Origin: Octopus vulgaris
Lineage: Eukaryota
Direction: 5' to 3'
DNA length: 64,000 nucleotides
Assembly (NCBI GenBank): GCA_951406725.2
Contig: OX597826.1
Coordinates: 4,898,001-4,962,000 of the forward strand
This document shows, piece by piece, positions 15,144-30,430 of this stretch. The notes under the pieces are model-generated. The model searched no databases. It saw only the letters and a program-made list of their open reading frames with translations, and was not told where the DNA came from. Both the position numbers and the translations under genes were made by a program. Every line of letters begins with the position of its first letter. Position 1 is the first letter of the stretch.

Positions 15144-15578
15144 TAAAGGCACCATTAAAAATGCAGCCACACTAACAAGAGGAACACGAATAAGCCAAAG
15201 AAATAGCAACTACACCATCAGCAGAAGCAAAATCAACAACAACGGTACTTAATAATCACGAATTCCTCTGCTCCATTTATAATTGTGCGTAGTATACCTT
15301 AGGGAGATGTTGTGAATCTAAACCATGACTCCATAATTTAATCTAAATCTTAGATGTGGGGGTGAGTCATGATACACGGCATCAGGACGGTAGAGAAGAA
15401 GTAATTAGTTGCATCGATTCGCGAAGAAGCAGAATCTTAAAATTCTTCTGCACAGCCCAAGACAACAAACCGCTCATTTGTCAGCTGATTCATGTTTCGG
15501 TTAACAATATGTACCGTATGCATGCACATATGTATCTATGTACATATATTTGTGTGTGTGTGTATACTTATACATGCG

Positions 15579-15617
<39 letters not shown>

Positions 15618-15678
15618 ATATAATTACATGTATATCTATGTATATATGAACACAAACAGACGCACATAAATAAATATA

Positions 15679-15730
<52 letters not shown>

Positions 15731-15826
15731 TATATATATATATACATATATATGTATAAATTTACACATACGTATATATATATATTTATATATATATGTA
15801 TATATATATATATTCATATATATATG

Positions 15827-15868
<42 letters not shown>

Positions 15869-15903
15869 TATACACACACATATATATATACATATATATA
15901 TAT

Positions 15904-16012
<109 letters not shown>

Positions 16013-16620
16013 TTTGTGTGTGTATAGATCTCTATATCTTCAACTATCTATCAACCTCTGTCGCTCTCTCTAACTCGCTGTCTGTATGTATATGTGTGCT
16101 TGTGTGTGTGCGTGTGTGTGTGTGTGTGTTAGTGCTTATGTGTGAGCCTTTCCACACTGCACTGTGATGAAATCGATTAATCAAATAATAAACGTAAACT
16201 ATATAGAAATAGCAATATTGCCCCTGTTATTATTCCTGTTGTAGTGGTTTCCATAGGTGTTTTCATTCGGGAGAGTGTCCGTGTCACTTCTGGACTGAAT
16301 TATCATATTCGTGTGTGCTTATGGCGATTGCTGCGATTGCTATGTTTATGATAGTATCACGTGGACATGAATTTACCCTTTTTATATAAGAATAACTTCA
16401 TACATAGGATAATGTCTCCTATTATTAAATATTACTATAAATTAATTTGTAGACTATTGTATTATATTATAATATATTACATTATATTATCCTTATATTA
16501 TGATTGTCCTATATGTCACAGTCAGTTTGACCCTTTTTTCCCTATTACATACATTTATATACACAAAGACAAATGCATACAGTTAGGGCTGTACACACCA
16601 AATCAGAGACAGATAGACAG

Positions 16621-16651
<31 letters not shown>

Positions 16652-17234
16652 GATAGACACACGTTTGTGTATGAGTTTGTATATATGTATATGCATGTAT
16701 ATGGTAAACGTAGTTTGGAATTTATCTCCAAACTTATCGTATACAAATCAATTCAAGATACATGAATAAAACAAAATATGTAAATAAATAAGTAAATAAG
16801 TAAATAACCAAAATAAAACCGAAATGCGGACAGGACAGCAATAACATTAATACAAAGAAGCAACATAAATACAGAATTACCAGAAAAAAAATAAAAGCTT
16901 TGTTTCATTCTTTATTTATTGATTTTGCTTTGCTCTATATAAAACTTCGGGTAATTATTTATTATTTATTTTTATTCGTTTTAGTGACTTGATTTGTTGG
17001 TTTATTTCTATCACAAATATTTCCAAATTTGGTTGACAAGAATTTCGTGAATGAGGTTACTGTTATGTGATTCATCAGATCCCAAGAGTCTTCGGTTGTA
17101 GTTATATATAGAAAGAAATAGAGAGACAGAGCGTGGGTGATAAATACTGAGATAGATAGACAGACAGATAGATAGATAACACATAATCTGATATATGTAT
17201 ATATATGTAACTGTGTATTTCTTTGTTTGTGTGT

Positions 17235-17307
<73 letters not shown>

Positions 17308-18362
17308 CGGACAGACAGAGAGGCAGAAACGACAGGCAGACAGGCATAAAAGCAACCCAGGAGACGTTTGCAAACAGCAGAATTGTATACATCATATGTA
17401 GCAGAGTTCATATATATTTTCTTTTGAAGTTGACGATTTACTCTGCATTTGTCTAAATTCCTCGTTTGGAATTTTCTTCTATTTTTGCTTTCAAAACTGC
17501 CTTCATTGAAGTTCCTTCTCTTCATTTACTTCTCCCAATCTACAACAGTTTTGTTTTCCAAAAGTTATGATAGATCTTGGAAATTCTCCAAGATTTATTA
17601 TTTTGAAGTAGCTCTTTTAATTTTTCTCAAAATTTCTCTCTTTCTCTCTAAATTTTACATTTACAGTTTATAAAATACGCCGTCTATTCTCTCAAAATTC
17701 TTCGCGTCTTTTCTCAAAAGTTTTTCACTTCTTTCCACTTAACACCCTTACCAATATATTCCAGCACATTCCCTTCCAATTTTCAAATCATATTCTCGAC
17801 GCTCCTTTAAGTATATGCAAGAAATCACTTTTGAAATTACATCGCTCAGACATATTCACTTAGTCCCCCTTATTCTCTACTATTGTTAAAACGATTAAGA
17901 GTAAGGTTCTCTCCACTTTCACTATTGCATGCAATACGGTCATCGTTTTGCGCACTGCCTTGTTCTCATTTACTATATTCATTTCGTTGAGGAACTCACA
18001 ATCTTAGATCAATCTCAATACATATTCATAATTCATCTGATACAAAAGTAGTTTCACACATATGTAAGGGATAACATAAACAAAAAAAAACAGCAACATC
18101 CACACAAAGAACAAAAACAAGCAACAAACCTCACATCATACACTATGTCTTTATTCCTGCATGATTAATGATTGGAATGACGACAATAGTCTGTAGGTGT
18201 CCTCGCTAGTTTCAATCTCTCTTTACTGATGGAATTTTAAAGAAGACTGAATTGTTGGCAATTTAAACCAAAAAGGAACAAAAACGACTTTTCTATTTCT
18301 CTTTGTATGCACGAGCACATACACACACGCACACACACATATAGATGGTGGATGTGCACTGA

Positions 18363-18393
<31 letters not shown>

Positions 18394-18976
18394 CACATAT
18401 ATATGTATATATATATATGTATATATATATATATACATACATACATACATATGTATATATATATGTATATATATATATATATATACACATATATATATAT
18501 ATATGTATATATATATTTATAGAACATATATAATGGTATATATATATATATATATTCTATAAATATATATATGTGTGTATAATATAAATATATAATGACC
18601 AAACAGGATTATATATATATATGTATATATATATATCCATGTATATGTATGTGTGAATGTATGCATGAATATATGAGCATGCATGCGTTTGTGTTTTGAG
18701 CGGGCTGCTCGGTAATTAAATCCATACTAACAACTAAGCATCTATAAAGAGAATATCTAAAAGGAAGATTGGTTTCATTTAATTAGCTGCCGTGAAGAAA
18801 CATTGGCGAAGAATAGCAAGCAAATGCTAAAGAACATGATGAATAATAGAAAGCACCAAAAATACGTTGGTGTTCTTTCTTAATTTCTTTTTGCTTTACG
18901 TCTCTCTATCTTCTTTCTCTCCATCTCTCCCCACTCTCTGTGTGTCTGTTTGTCTCTCTCTCCATCTCTCTCTGTC

Positions 18977-19027
<51 letters not shown>

Positions 19028-19169
19028 CAGACACATACATACACACATCCACACACGTGCTGCTATGAAAGCGAGCTAAACCTGAAGAGTATGTCTAGCA
19101 TTAATACCATTTTCTTAAGAAGGATCTTGGCATTGGCATCATGCACACACACGCACACATACTTGTGTG

Positions 19170-19250
<81 letters not shown>

Positions 19251-20074
19251 GTATAAACATATATATATATATATACATATATATGCAAGTGCATATAAGA
19301 ATCTGCGTGTGTATATATGCATATGTCTGTGTATGCTTCGTCTGCTTCGTTCAAAGTCGTCTTCTGCCAATCACTTCATATACGCATTATAGGAAACAAT
19401 TATATGCTTTCTTATATTTTTATTACAGCCAACAGATGGACTGCTGATATGATAAAGCTACAATAATATAATATAATTGCCTTATCATGTACACCATTGA
19501 GTCTCTAATTACTAATGTATTCTTAAGAGAAGTGAATAATATCATACATTATCGATATTCTTGTTTTTGTTGAAGAATGTAAGATTTTTGCTGGAACTTG
19601 TGGTTCCATAACTGTAGATTTCGTTTTTACGACGTACAATAGCTTAACGAAAATATATATATATATATAAAAAAAGAAGAATGAAAGTAAGAAAAAAAAT
19701 GAAAAAGAAAATGGTTATCTTATGAATTTTAAATGTAGCATATCTCACTTGTATAACCAATCACGAAGAATCGAAGATTATACATACACATAGAAAGATG
19801 GTATACATACATACATCCATACATACATGCATGCTTACATGCATACACACATGCATAAATACATACATGCATACATACATACATACATACATACATACAT
19901 ACATACATACATACATACATACATACATACGTATATCCATGCATGCATTCATACATACATATAATTTGTCCGTGCGTGCATGAATGAATATGTAGAGGTA
20001 TCTTTTTTTCTGAACGGAACATTGATAAATAGAGCCAATTATGAACATTGGAGTTCTTGATATATATATATATA

Positions 20075-20177
<103 letters not shown>

Positions 20178-20705
20178 TATATATATACATATATACATAT
20201 ATATGTATTACGTATAAATATGTATGTGTTTTATTCCATTCTGGTCGCACTCTCGAATGAACAGTTTCTTTAATATTCGAGAAACTATGCATGATGTTAG
20301 TAGAAGTTGTCCTATTGCTGGTATTACTTGTAGCAGTAGTATGGTATAGGTAACCTTGGTAATGCTGGTAGTATCGGTGGTGCTACGTTAGCTATCAATC
20401 TTGAGAATTGATCAATTTATTGATGGAACTTGAGTATTTGTCTGTAGCATTGCTAGTGTTAGTAGAGGCAATCGTCTAAATTGTAGGAAAAACAACTAAG
20501 ACAAGCCAACCAGAGAACCTCTACGCGATCACCATTCGCTAGAAATAGTGACGTCTTAAATGAGGGAAAAGACACGTAATATATTTTGATCTTAGGTACC
20601 CACACTTCATGCAGTTGAATGGCTTAGGCAGGGATGTTTTACGTCGTATACCTGGATGAACAGTGCTTCACGGGAACTAAAGAAAAAACATAATTAAAAA
20701 GATAA

Positions 20706-20955
20706 ATGCGCCCTTTTAAAGCCTTGCCAAGCTCATGGGCCCGGTTTCCCGGTTTCTATGGCGTATGTGTTTCCCAGCTGGACGGGACGCCAGTCCATCG
20801 AAGTGTTACTCATTTTTGCCAGCTGAGTGGACTGGAGCAACGTGAAATGAAGTGTTTTGCTCAAGAACACAACGCGTCGCCCGGTCCAGGAATCGAAACC
20901 ACAATCTTACGACCATGATGCTGACACCCTAACCACTAAGCCACGCGCCTCCACG
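20706..20955 (-). mobile_element. SINE group B head and core joined to tail X
   Basis: The reverse complement has the same head and core as 14070, then GATGGACTGGCGTCCCGTCCAGCTGGG...GGGCCCATGAGC. Possible TSD AAAAAGATA on both sides. Confidence 0.85.
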
Positions 20956-22277
20956 AAGAAAAAGATAGGTTTATAATAGTGTGACGAATAAAACTTCGTC
21001 CAGCATCTTCCTCTATTGTTCATTCAAGGCCAGAGGCACAACGCCTGTCTCTAGAGTAAGCCATAAAATACAAACAAAACATTGTTTTTCTCGGTTTACA
21101 AACCTAAAGAAGCTAACTATTTCTAGTGTATATTCTTATGTAATATTTCTGGTTTTACTTCAACAAATCATAACAAAGTACATTAAAATGTCTAAACTGT
21201 CTGAGACAGATTGCTGTTATACGGTTTCGGACTAGTAACCGCATCTATACAAATCATAATATCTTTCAAATCTTACAAATGCATCTACATTACATTATTT
21301 GTCTATTTTAGATTGTTTTTTCCTTGACATAATCAACGTACTTGAGTGAATTTCGAACTAGGAATATCTATTTCTAAACCACCGGTTAAAATCGCTTATA
21401 TCTCCTAGCAACTGAAATATGGAACAAGTTCACACAAAGTTTATCAAATGATAACAGTGCTTCTTGCTGTTACTTACACACGTGTGCTGTAGTTGTTACA
21501 TTCAACACGTTATACACATCCAGGGCTAACACTGTCTTACCCACTGACGCAGTACATCACACTTTTCTGTTGATGGGAGCTAATGACCTTTCGTTGGGGT
21601 GTGAAACACTATATCATTTCGACCAACTGTCAGCCTTAAACAGTGATAAGGTCCCTATTAAAATGACACAGAACATTCATGTGCGAGAGGTAAACTTCCG
21701 GGGAACCGAGAGCTTGCTCCGTATTTATTTTATTTTATTAATATAGCCGGATGCATATACTTCACTGCTTGTATGTTTAAGCTAGGCATGAATGCCACTG
21801 CCTCAAAGTCATCGCCGATTTCCCGTTCTACACTGGAATATATAAGTTTGCAACATTGCTGCTGTTTTAATCCTTGGTAGTTTTATAGTAATTTTTTGTC
21901 ACTACCTATAATAAAAAAAATGTAATTTAAATAACTTTATATAAATAATTATTCATATAATTCGCTTTATATTATTATTGTTGGTAGTTTCATCACATTA
22001 ATGTGATAAAAGAGCAAGAGTGAAAACCTTTCGACTTTCTATTTATTATGACATTTAGAGCTGTTCGGTATAATGTCACGATAATATCATACACACGATC
22101 ATATTTCTGCATCATCAGCCATATTGAAAGCCTTCAGCCATTTCCGCCTAATATGAGTTATTCACAAGTCCACATCTATATTTACTATTCGTAGCAAGTG
22201 AAATGCTTAACATTCGTGTCCCTCTCTCCATATGTATGTACGCATTTGTTTGTTTTTTTGTTTTTTTGCACACTCTC

Positions 22278-22308
<31 letters not shown>

Positions 22309-22314
22309 TGTATG

Positions 22315-22345
<31 letters not shown>

Positions 22346-22658
22346 GTATGTATGTATGTATGTGTGTATGTATGTATGTATGTCTTATGTATGTAAGTAT
22401 GTAATATATGTATGTATGTATGTGTGTATGTATGTATGTATGTATGTGTGTGTATGTGTATGTATGTATGTATGTATATATGTATGTATGTACGTATGTA
22501 TGTATATATGTATGTATGTATGTATGTGTGTATGTACGTATATATGTATGTAGTCTTATGTATGTAAGTATATATGTATGTATGTAAGTATGTATGTAAG
22601 TGTGTGTATGTATGTATGTATGTATGTGTGTATGTATGTATGTATGTATGTGTGTATG

Positions 22659-22689
<31 letters not shown>

Positions 22690-22706
22690 GTTTGTATGTA
22701 AGTATG

Positions 22707-22737
<31 letters not shown>

Positions 22738-22755
22738 GTATGTATGTATGTATGT
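22278..22755. repeat. (GTAT)n microsatellite, about 480 bp, imperfect
   Basis: Directly visible. Confidence 0.95.
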
Positions 22756-22759
22756 GAAT

Positions 22760-23100
22760 GCACATGGCTCAGTGGTTAGATCGTCGGTCTTACAGTCTTG
22801 CGGTAGTGAGTTCGATTCCCGGACCGGGCTGTGTGTATTGTGTTCTTGAGCAAGACACTTTATTTCATGTTGCTCCAGTTCACTCAGCTGTAGAAATGAA
22901 GTGCGACGTCACTGGCGCCAAGCTGTATCGGCCCCTTTGTCCTTTCCCTTGGATAACATCGATAACATAGAAAGATGTGGCTGGTATGCATGGGCAACTG
23001 CTGGTCTTCCATAAACAACGTCGTCCGGACTTGTGCATCGGAGAGAGAGTTTGTAGGTGAAATCCCGTGATCATTCGTGACCGAAGGGGCTCATTACCCT
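22760..23100 (+). mobile_element. SINE group B head and core joined to tail Z
   Basis: TGGCTCAGTGG and GAGTTCGATTCC boxes and TGTTCTTGAGCAAGACACTT core. The tail ends TCATTCGTGACCGAAGGGG. Confidence 0.85.
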
Positions 23101-23892
23101 TTATGCATTTGTATATATATGAGTGAGAGAGAGAGAGAGAGAGAGAGGGAAAAAGTCTTGTTAACGGTTTATATGGCTATATTAACTAAAGTGTCCTATT
23201 AAGGCAGCAAATCCTATTGAGGTAGGTTTGACTGCTAGTTCTAGCGGGTTAATTCACGCTGTATTTTTGGTTCTATTAGCTTCCAAATATGTTTACAATA
23301 AAAGAGAAAAGAATATGTCCTAATATATAACAAAATGGTTACTTTTCTAGTATAATTTTAACTACTGTGTCTGCTAAGTATATCTCTATTGTAAAAGCTC
23401 TCTTAATGGCTGGAATAGCTGATAACTGTAGCTGTTCAATCACTCTTATATATGTATAGAAAAGAGCAAAACTTTTACTCAGCAGTAAAGGATCAATTTT
23501 TGATTTGATTGATTTATTGATTGATTGATTGGTATTTTATACTGTAGCTGTCAAATTTTATGAAACTTGCACTTTTAGCTGTGTAATTAGGGTAAGAATG
23601 CCTGGTGAGAAAATCTAATATCTAGACAAACTATCACCAAGGAAGCAGTAGAACGCAGCACTTTATACTAGCAAAACATGCATCAATTATGCAATGATCT
23701 TGCAGCTTGCAATGAAAAGCTGTAAAACACTGCGGCGATATCTTCTCACTAGATGCACAGAGCCGTTAAGTGTGTGGTGCTTTTACTGTGACAGACTACA
23801 CTAGAGGAATGTTAACATTATGCGAATGACTGTTTGTTTGGTTAGAGGATTGAACATATCAGCAACCATTTTCTGCGATTCAAGATAACATA

Positions 23893-23978
<86 letters not shown>

Positions 23979-24140
23979 GTTCGTGCTCTTTTTGAAATTT
24001 GAGATGCTGATTATAAAGCCATTATTTTCCCATATTATTTTTTAACTTTATCACAAAAGGTTTTGTTTAATTTACAATGCTTCCTTTTTATTTTCATTGG
24101 CGCCGCGAATTCAGCTGACAAGATTACACAAGCTGTAATC

Positions 24141-24370
24141 AAGGCGGCAAGCTGGCAGAAGCATTAGCACGCCGGGCGAAATGCGTAGCCGTATTTCGTC
24201 TGCCGCTATGTTCTGGGTTCAAATTCCACCGAGGTCGACTTTGCCTTTCATCCTTTCGGGGTCGATTAAATAAGTACCAGTTACATACTGGGGTCGATAT
24301 AATCGACTTAATCCGTTTGTCTGTCCTTGTTTGTCCCCTGTGTGTAGCCCCTTGGGGGCAGTAAAGAAAT
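24141..24370 (+). mobile_element. Full-length tRNA-derived SINE, group A, with 17-bp target-site duplication
   Basis: A-box-like TGGCAGAAGCATTAGC, B-box GGTTCAAATTCC and central GCCTTTCATCCTTTCGGGGTCGATTAAATAAGTACCAG. AAGATTACACAAGCTGT is duplicated at 24120-24136 and 24371-24387. Confidence 0.9.
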
Positions 24371-25672
24371 AAGATTACACAAGCTGTTCCACATCTTTGT
24401 ATTTCTTTATAAATTACATGAGAGATATAGGTTGTAAGGCCTCAGATTCGAACCCGTGACTATGTCCTCTGGTGCTACAATCATTTTCCGTAGATTCGAG
24501 TTGACATAAACCATGTGAGTAAAATTAAGTAAACGGAAAATAAATACAGAAAAGAAACCCATCAAAATTTGAAAGGTACCCAGTTGTTCAACACTGTCAA
24601 GCTGATACTGTCTGAGAGTTACATTGGTGATATACATGTCCGTGGAATACTCAGCGACAAAGACGCTCTAATTCAGGAATGGGTAATTCAGTTGATCAAA
24701 CAACTGAATCCTCATTATCCAACAAAGCAAATCCCCTACTACCACTTCCGTTAACGCTATCACCGATAATGTACCTTTGCGATTCGATATTCGTTGGTTG
24801 CTTGTCAATCAGCTTCTTAGTGAAGAGTGTTTGACATCGTTGTTAGTGTCTAAGTGAGATAATTGTTTCGAGTCAATGATCATGAACTAAATAAACGTTG
24901 ATGTTGTACAAGGATACAGCAAGGCAGAAGGAGAGGACGAATAAATCGTTTACCAGTACGTGATTATTTTAGTTTTCATTAATCGACATCGGGAAAACGA
25001 TGGAAGTCGAAGTCGACCTCAGCAAAGATTTAAATTAATATTAAATAAATATGAGACTGTTACGCGTATGCTACTCCAGAGTCTCGTCTTAAAACGAAGT
25101 AGTACAATAATTCTAAGTGTAATTAAAAATAAATTATGATTTCAAACATTGGCAAAATGCCATGGAATTATTGGGAGGAGTATAACTAATTAAGCTGATC
25201 CCATGACTCGATTTTATTAGTATACATTTCATTAATCTCTGAGAGAAGGAAGGCAAAACCAATTTCGTAGTGCTAAAATACTTTAAACTATTTAATCCGA
25301 TGCTCTCTGCACGCTTTACTGACTATTCTGAAATTTTACAATTTTCTTATCCCACAGCGCATTACATCAAAAAATTCCCACGTGACATGATTTTTTAAAA
25401 TATTTCTTCTAAGATCAGTCGACATGTTGATCAGCCTACACCACATTTCCCCGCCTTTTCTTGTTTTCTTTCGACGTTTAATCAACCTGTGGAGTATGGA
25501 GTTAAATATCAACAGGTTATATATTATCATTCTGAGAAGATCTACACAGAAATTGGAGTTATGAATGCTGTTTTCCACAGATTTTATTAAAACACAGCGT
25601 ATACAATTCATTCAGTTTCATCACCAACTTTTCTTCTGTCCATTTATTTCACTGACTGTCATTCTCATCGCT

Positions 25673-25806
25673 ATACATACATACATACATACATACATAC
25701 ATACATACATACATACATACATACACATTGATAGATAGATAGATATGTAGGTAGGTAGGTAGGTAAGTATGTAGGTACGTAGGTGCGTAGGTAGGTAGGT
25801 AGATAG

Positions 25807-25888
<82 letters not shown>
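25673..25888. repeat. Compound (TACA)n/(GTAG)n/(GATA)n microsatellite
   Basis: Directly visible. Confidence 0.95.
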
Positions 25889-26155
25889 TGTGAGACAGCC
25901 GGCTATTTATAAACTCACACAGGCTTATGTACGTTAGTGCGCAGGCGTGTGTGTGTGTGTGTACGCGTAGGTAAGCCGGATTATTTTTTCGAACATAACG
26001 GTTTCGTCCAGCTGAGGTTGGTCGATCCTACTCGTCGGTGTGTCTGAGAAAGAGATTATATATTAAAGATTGTATAAGAAGTTCTTTCCCCCATCAGCTT
26101 TCACTGTATGTCTGTCTGCCTGTCTTTCTGTATGTATGTATATATATATATATGT

Positions 26156-26188
<33 letters not shown>

Positions 26189-26193
26189 CATAC

Positions 26194-26229
<36 letters not shown>

Positions 26230-26250
26230 GCATACACGTATACACTCACG

Positions 26251-26288
<38 letters not shown>

Positions 26289-27053
26289 CCCATATGCGCA
26301 TATTATTGGATCAATATATCACAGAAGAGTGGATTCAGTTGGATTCACCAGTGCAATAAGCCTAGGTATGTTTGTAGGCATTTTTGCCGTTTTTTTCTTT
26401 TTTTTTTTAGCTGGAGCTAAGCATCGCTAGCTAGAAAGAATATTTTATAGCATGGCTATTGAAAATTGACGACCGATGCAACTAACCGACACAAAATGGG
26501 TGTATATATATGTACACATAGATATGTGCCTGTATGTGTACACACCCACAAAGACACACGTGCATATAGGTATGGGTATATGTACATTTATATGTATAGG
26601 TTAATGTGGGTATATACGTATATAAGCAAGTATACGAACACATATGTGTCTGCGTGTAGGGCTGGTGGTATGTATGTGTGTATATATATACTGAGAAAGA
26701 GAGGCATGACAGTGGATATAAATGCAAACGTGCATGCATGTATATAGAAACTTGGGAATTCACCTTGATATACCACGTATCGAAAATTGATTTATTTTTT
26801 TTCTTTGATTGTGTTGTATTGTATTTATATCTTTTTTCCCCCCTCATTCATCTACGTATTTCTTTATACGAAATCTAGTATCTTTTCTCCTTTTCTCCGC
26901 GGTGGGGGGGGGGGGGAGATGCGTCACATGGGCCACGAAAACGTGACCTTTAAGACAACTTCATTCTTAATCTTGAAAGCAGTAACAATATATATGACGG
27001 TTCTTTCATAGACTTTGAAGTATGACTCTGCAATAAGGATGCTGCTTGTCTAA

Positions 27054-27146
27054 CTGAAGACTTCTCTCCATTTATTTCAACATCCGAAGGCTTCTATTCA
27101 TTCATCCTTCTATCTGAAGACTTCTCTCTATTTATCTCTGTATCGT
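27054..27146 (+). repeat. 30-bp minisatellite, 3 degenerate units
   Basis: CTGAAGACTTCTCTCCATTTATT / CCGAAGGCTTCTATTCATTCAT / CTGAAGACTTCTCTCTATTTAT. Confidence 0.75.
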
Positions 27147-27464
27147 ACTAAATTTCCTTATATTTTTGTTATGATTTATTGCACTACAGGCAGTTAGTCA
27201 TTTATCTAGTTATATTTAAATACAGTACAGAATATAAGAAGATAATGAGATCATGTGACATTCATGCTTTTCTAAATGTTACGACCATCGTACTATAGAA
27301 AGTAATGTGTTTCAAACTGAACTCAAGACCGGCAGGTTCGGTTTCAAGTTGGGAATCAGTTCTTGGCATGAATAATTCCTAATCCGGATTTTGTATCGTT
27401 TCACTTTATTTAATTCATTTATTTATTTATTTATTTATTGGATTAATGAATTCATGAGGATGAG

Positions 27465-27640
27465 GTTAGTCGATGTTGTATCCCTAGAACATAATTTTTA
27501 TGGTACTTTATCTTATCGAATCTGAAAGAATGAATGGCAAAGTTTACCCCAGCAGAATTTGAACTGAGAACGTAAACACTCGGAAGAAATGTCGCTATGT
27601 ACATTGTCCGACGATTTAACCATTCTGCCACTTCACCGCA
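27465..27640 (-). mobile_element. Diverged SINE group A copy
   Basis: GGTACTTTATCTTATCGA...GGCAAAGTTTACCCCAGCAGAATTTGAACTGAGAACGTAAA. Confidence 0.7.
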
Positions 27641-28479
27641 CAATTCTTCTAAAATTACAATAACGTACCATTTTCTTTGTAAAGACAGTCGCACGTTAAA
27701 ATGTGTATACACGCTTAGCTGCCATTTCTTTCAAATTTAGCTGCCACGTAGTGGCTTTCTCATTCTTTCATTGCCATTATATATAATACATAACAATACT
27801 GTTTGTTTAATTTTCAAAATGTGATCCTTAATTATGTAAATATACAAATGACCTCAAGTGTACGTATGATAATAAGCTAAATGCTATAAATGCCCTATTT
27901 CGTCTCACAAGAGAATAGACACTTGAGTGATTTGGAAGGCATTAGCATATTGACTGTTATTCAATATGGCTTATTTAAAGCTTGACTCAGGAAACTAAAA
28001 CTCAAACATTCACAATTAATTGCCGCCTTCTGATTAGACCTCCATATGTTTTACAATCAACTTGGCTTATTATATTGATAATATTATGTTTCGCTGTTGT
28101 TGTACTTAATCTTTTCGTCACAAGTTGCTTCTCACAAAACAGAGATACGTTAAAATGCCAAAGGTACGTCAGCCATTATTGTCACGACATTTTCCAATAA
28201 AGACATAGATTGCTACGCGCAACATTATTCTATGCGCAGTAGGTAAGGTCCTTTGGGTTTCAAATACGCTTCAAAGGAGTATTCACAAGCAGCATTTCTG
28301 GCACAAACACACATTGAGTTATTATGCGTTAAGACACGTAATTCCAAAATGTTATTCGTCCAGTATATGAAGTAACAGGGATATCGATGGTGTATGAAAA
28401 TTACTTGCAAATCCCTTTTCAAGTTATTAAGCAAGGAATTACCGTTTGAATAATGGATTCTTACATAACATTTAAATTG

Positions 28480-28695
28480 TTTCAAAATTTGATACAAGAC
28501 TAGTTATTTTAGAGGACCTGGGTTAGTCGATAACATCGACCCTAGAGCTCAACTTGTGCATATCTTATCGACCTCGACCGGATGAAAGGCAAAGTCGACA
28601 TCGCCTTCAGTTAAACTCAGAATGGAAAGAGCCAGAAGAAAAAAATGCTGAATATTTTGTTCGTCGCGCTAAAGATTCTCTCACATCAATGCCTT
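28480..28695 (-). mobile_element. Diverged SINE group A copy
   Basis: GGATGAAAGGCAAAGTCGAC core plus tail and head remnants. Confidence 0.7.
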
Positions 28696-30171
28696 ACATA
28701 ACCTTTAAATAACAAAATAATTGTAGCTGGAATACGTTGGATTTTGAGTTTCCTTCACTAGCGTTGACCAAGAGGAAAGCAGTAATAAAAATTTTCTGTA
28801 TGCTTAGTGAGGAAAGAAATCAATATATTTTGTATCTCTGTATAAAAATTAATAATTAAACTGCTGAAGTGGTAGACTACCCGACTAAATGTTTTGGCAG
28901 CATTTACATTATAAATGTTAACATTAATTAACTTTCATTTTTGAGGTGGCAGACTCGTTATCGCATCAGGAGAATTATTTTGGTGTTTTTAGTTACAACT
29001 TTTTAGGTTGTGACTTCAAATACTTTTCAGGTTTAACATCGCATTTCGCTTTCCCTAACTCGACAAAATAAAGTAGCTGTCTAGTAATGGGATCAATATG
29101 ATCGAATGTTCGTTTTTCCTTAATCCCAGATTCTATGTTTATCTAATTAAACCAACATTAATACATCGCCCCGTTGATGATTTACTAAACATCAAAGTTA
29201 ATGGTTTAGTTAATGATTAACTAAATATCAAAGAAGTATTCACCTAAAGTTAGTAAGAGATATTCAACCAGTTACAAGAATATCATTTAAGATTGATGCT
29301 TTATGCCTAAGAAAGCATTATTATCGATTTTTGAAACAAGAAATCTTTTTGCTTCAGTTTTCACTTACACCATCCCAGACCACTTTCTGTGTAGTCTTTG
29401 TATTTCGTCCTTCGGAGTTCAAGTACGCGCAAAACAGAGTGGCAGTGTCGTTGAAAGAATGATCTATGTCCCGCCACCTGCTAAATATATCGCGATATAT
29501 GGTAAAATACATCAATTCTAAAAAGAGCGTGTATGTGTTCGTGCGAGTCTGAAGAGGTGTCTGTGTGTGTGTGTATGTATGTGTATGTGTGTGTGCGTGT
29601 GTGTGTTAGAGGGAGAGAGAGAGTGTGTGTGTGTGTGTATGTGACTGTGTGTGTGTGTGCCGAGAAATAGTGAGAACTGACACAGAAAAAGAGAGGTATG
29701 GACTGGAATGAGGAAAAAGAGAGTGAGAAGTAGAAGGAGATGGTTATTCGTGATAAACACATATCAAGTTTAATAAATGTACATTTGGTATTATGGGATC
29801 ATACATCAGGAATATCATTAGTTCTATCTGGAACATTCCCTGAGTGACGTGACACGCAAACATACAACGGACAATTTAACACTTGCTTGTGTCTCAAGAC
29901 ACACTCAGTGTTAAGACAACGTATTACTTTCCTCGAGAAACACATGCTGTTATATTTGACAGCATCAACATAATTTGTACTTACATGTAGAATCATTTAT
30001 AGAGCAATAATCGTATTGGATGCAGTAGGAGTAGTGAAAGCAGTAGTACTAGTAGTAATAGGGATAAACACAGTGTAAGGCAGTTCGTAGTAGTAATAGT
30101 AGTAATGGTAATAGGGATCAGAATACTATCAGCAAAACAACAACGATATAACTGCCATTAAATGGTCAAAT

Positions 30172-30430
30172 GTGGAGGCACATGGACTAGTTGTTTGAGC
30201 AGTGGACTGGCGGTCGGGGAACCGCAGGTTCGAATCTCAGACCGAGTGATGTGTGTTTTTATGAGCGAAACACCTAAACTCCACGCGGCTCCGGCAGACA
30301 GTAATGGCGAACTTTTGCTGACTTTTTCGCCCACAACGTTCTCTCACTTGTTCCTCCTACATTTAGCAGCTCACCAATGAAACCGGAAAACTGTCCCTTG
30401 TGGGCCAGGCATGGCTCGTGAAGGAACAAA
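30172..30430 (+). mobile_element. SINE group C variant
   Basis: GGTTCGAATCTC B-box and GAGCGAAACACCTAAACTCCACGCGGCTCCGGCAG core. Confidence 0.75.

Noticed and set aside
26325-26365. Possible cassette exon (cacAG...CCTAG|GTATGT)
   Set aside because: There is no polypyrimidine tract, 41 nt would shift the frame, and the exon A-B motif is already continuous.
28241-28248. AG|GTAAG candidate recursive-splice point (similar sites near 25969 and 57209)
   Set aside because: The upstream pyrimidine tracts are weak, and it cannot be supported without nascent RNA-seq.
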